NCBI GenBank assembly: GCA_963827235.1
Contig: CAWHAE010000009.1
Coordinates: 640,001-704,000 of the forward strand
Source of the DNA: an uncultured bacterium
GTDB lineage: Bacteria > Chloroflexota > UBA5177 > JANWHV01
Direction of reading: 5' to 3'
Length of the DNA: 64,000 nucleotides
The notes below the pieces were generated by a model, which ran no database searches, was not told the origin of the DNA, and saw only the letters and a program-made list of their open reading frames with translations. Each line of letters opens with the position of its first letter. The first letter of the stretch is position 1. Positions 63,715-64,000 of the stretch are shown one piece after another. The position numbers and the translations under genes are program-made.

Positions 63715-64000
63715 CTACAAGCCCGGTCTTAGCGCCAGCTTCCAGAACACCACGACGATGCCGAGCAGCAGCAGCGCCAGAACGGCATAGTACGGGCAGA
63801 GCAGTAAGCCGGACAGCGCCGCGACCGCGCCGAACGCCGCGCTTATCTGCAGCAGCCAGTGCCGGCCCGCCTCCTTGACCAGGAACGTGGCGACCCGTGA
63901 CCCAACCGGTGGCGCGGCAGCCTCACAAGGTGGATCCGGCGCCCAGCCGAACATGCGCTCAACGCGCAGCACGGATTTCTGTCGCTCGGCCTGCGCCTCT
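63715..64000 (-). CDS. Hypothetical membrane protein (5' partial)
   Basis: Open minus-strand frame with two C-terminal hydrophobic helices. Confidence 0.45.
   Translation of the reverse strand, partial: EAQAERQKSVLRVERMFGWAPDPPCEAAAPPVGSRVATFLVKEAGRHWLLQISAAFGAVAALSGLLLCPYYAVLALLLLGIVVVFWKLALRPGL

Overview
High-GC bacterial chromosome segment; the gene repertoire suggests a soil monoderm such as Chloroflexota, but this is an inference. Layout: (1) 1-12.5 kb housekeeping and regulatory genes (ada/alkA, SigK-like ECF sigma + anti-sigma, RlmA-like methyltransferase, DAHP synthase, CsoR, VanW, apt, infA, threonine dehydratase). (2) 12.7-24.3 kb surface-glycosylation block that looks more AT-rich by eye (IS5 remnant, 3x55-bp tandem repeat, three GT-C/PMT-like paralogues, a GT2, a methyltransferase, a flippase-like protein). 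(3) NlpC/P60-SH3, argS and a complete minus-strand 16S-tRNA-Ala-23S-5S rRNA operon. (4) 35-64 kb plastic accessory region with many short gene remnants, a TetR/MFS pair, an ars cluster and secreted glycosidases. Most notable: an unannotated leader peptide containing Tyr-Tyr-Trp-Trp-Phe with promoter and intrinsic terminator upstream of a DAHP synthase that lacks its allosteric domain; an ECF sigma factor paired with a membrane protein carrying a catalytically degenerate PBP transpeptidase domain, bracketed by GTAG-REP-like direct repeats; and a 16S mismatch to the 806R primer. All protein calls come from motif recognition by eye; no database searches were run.
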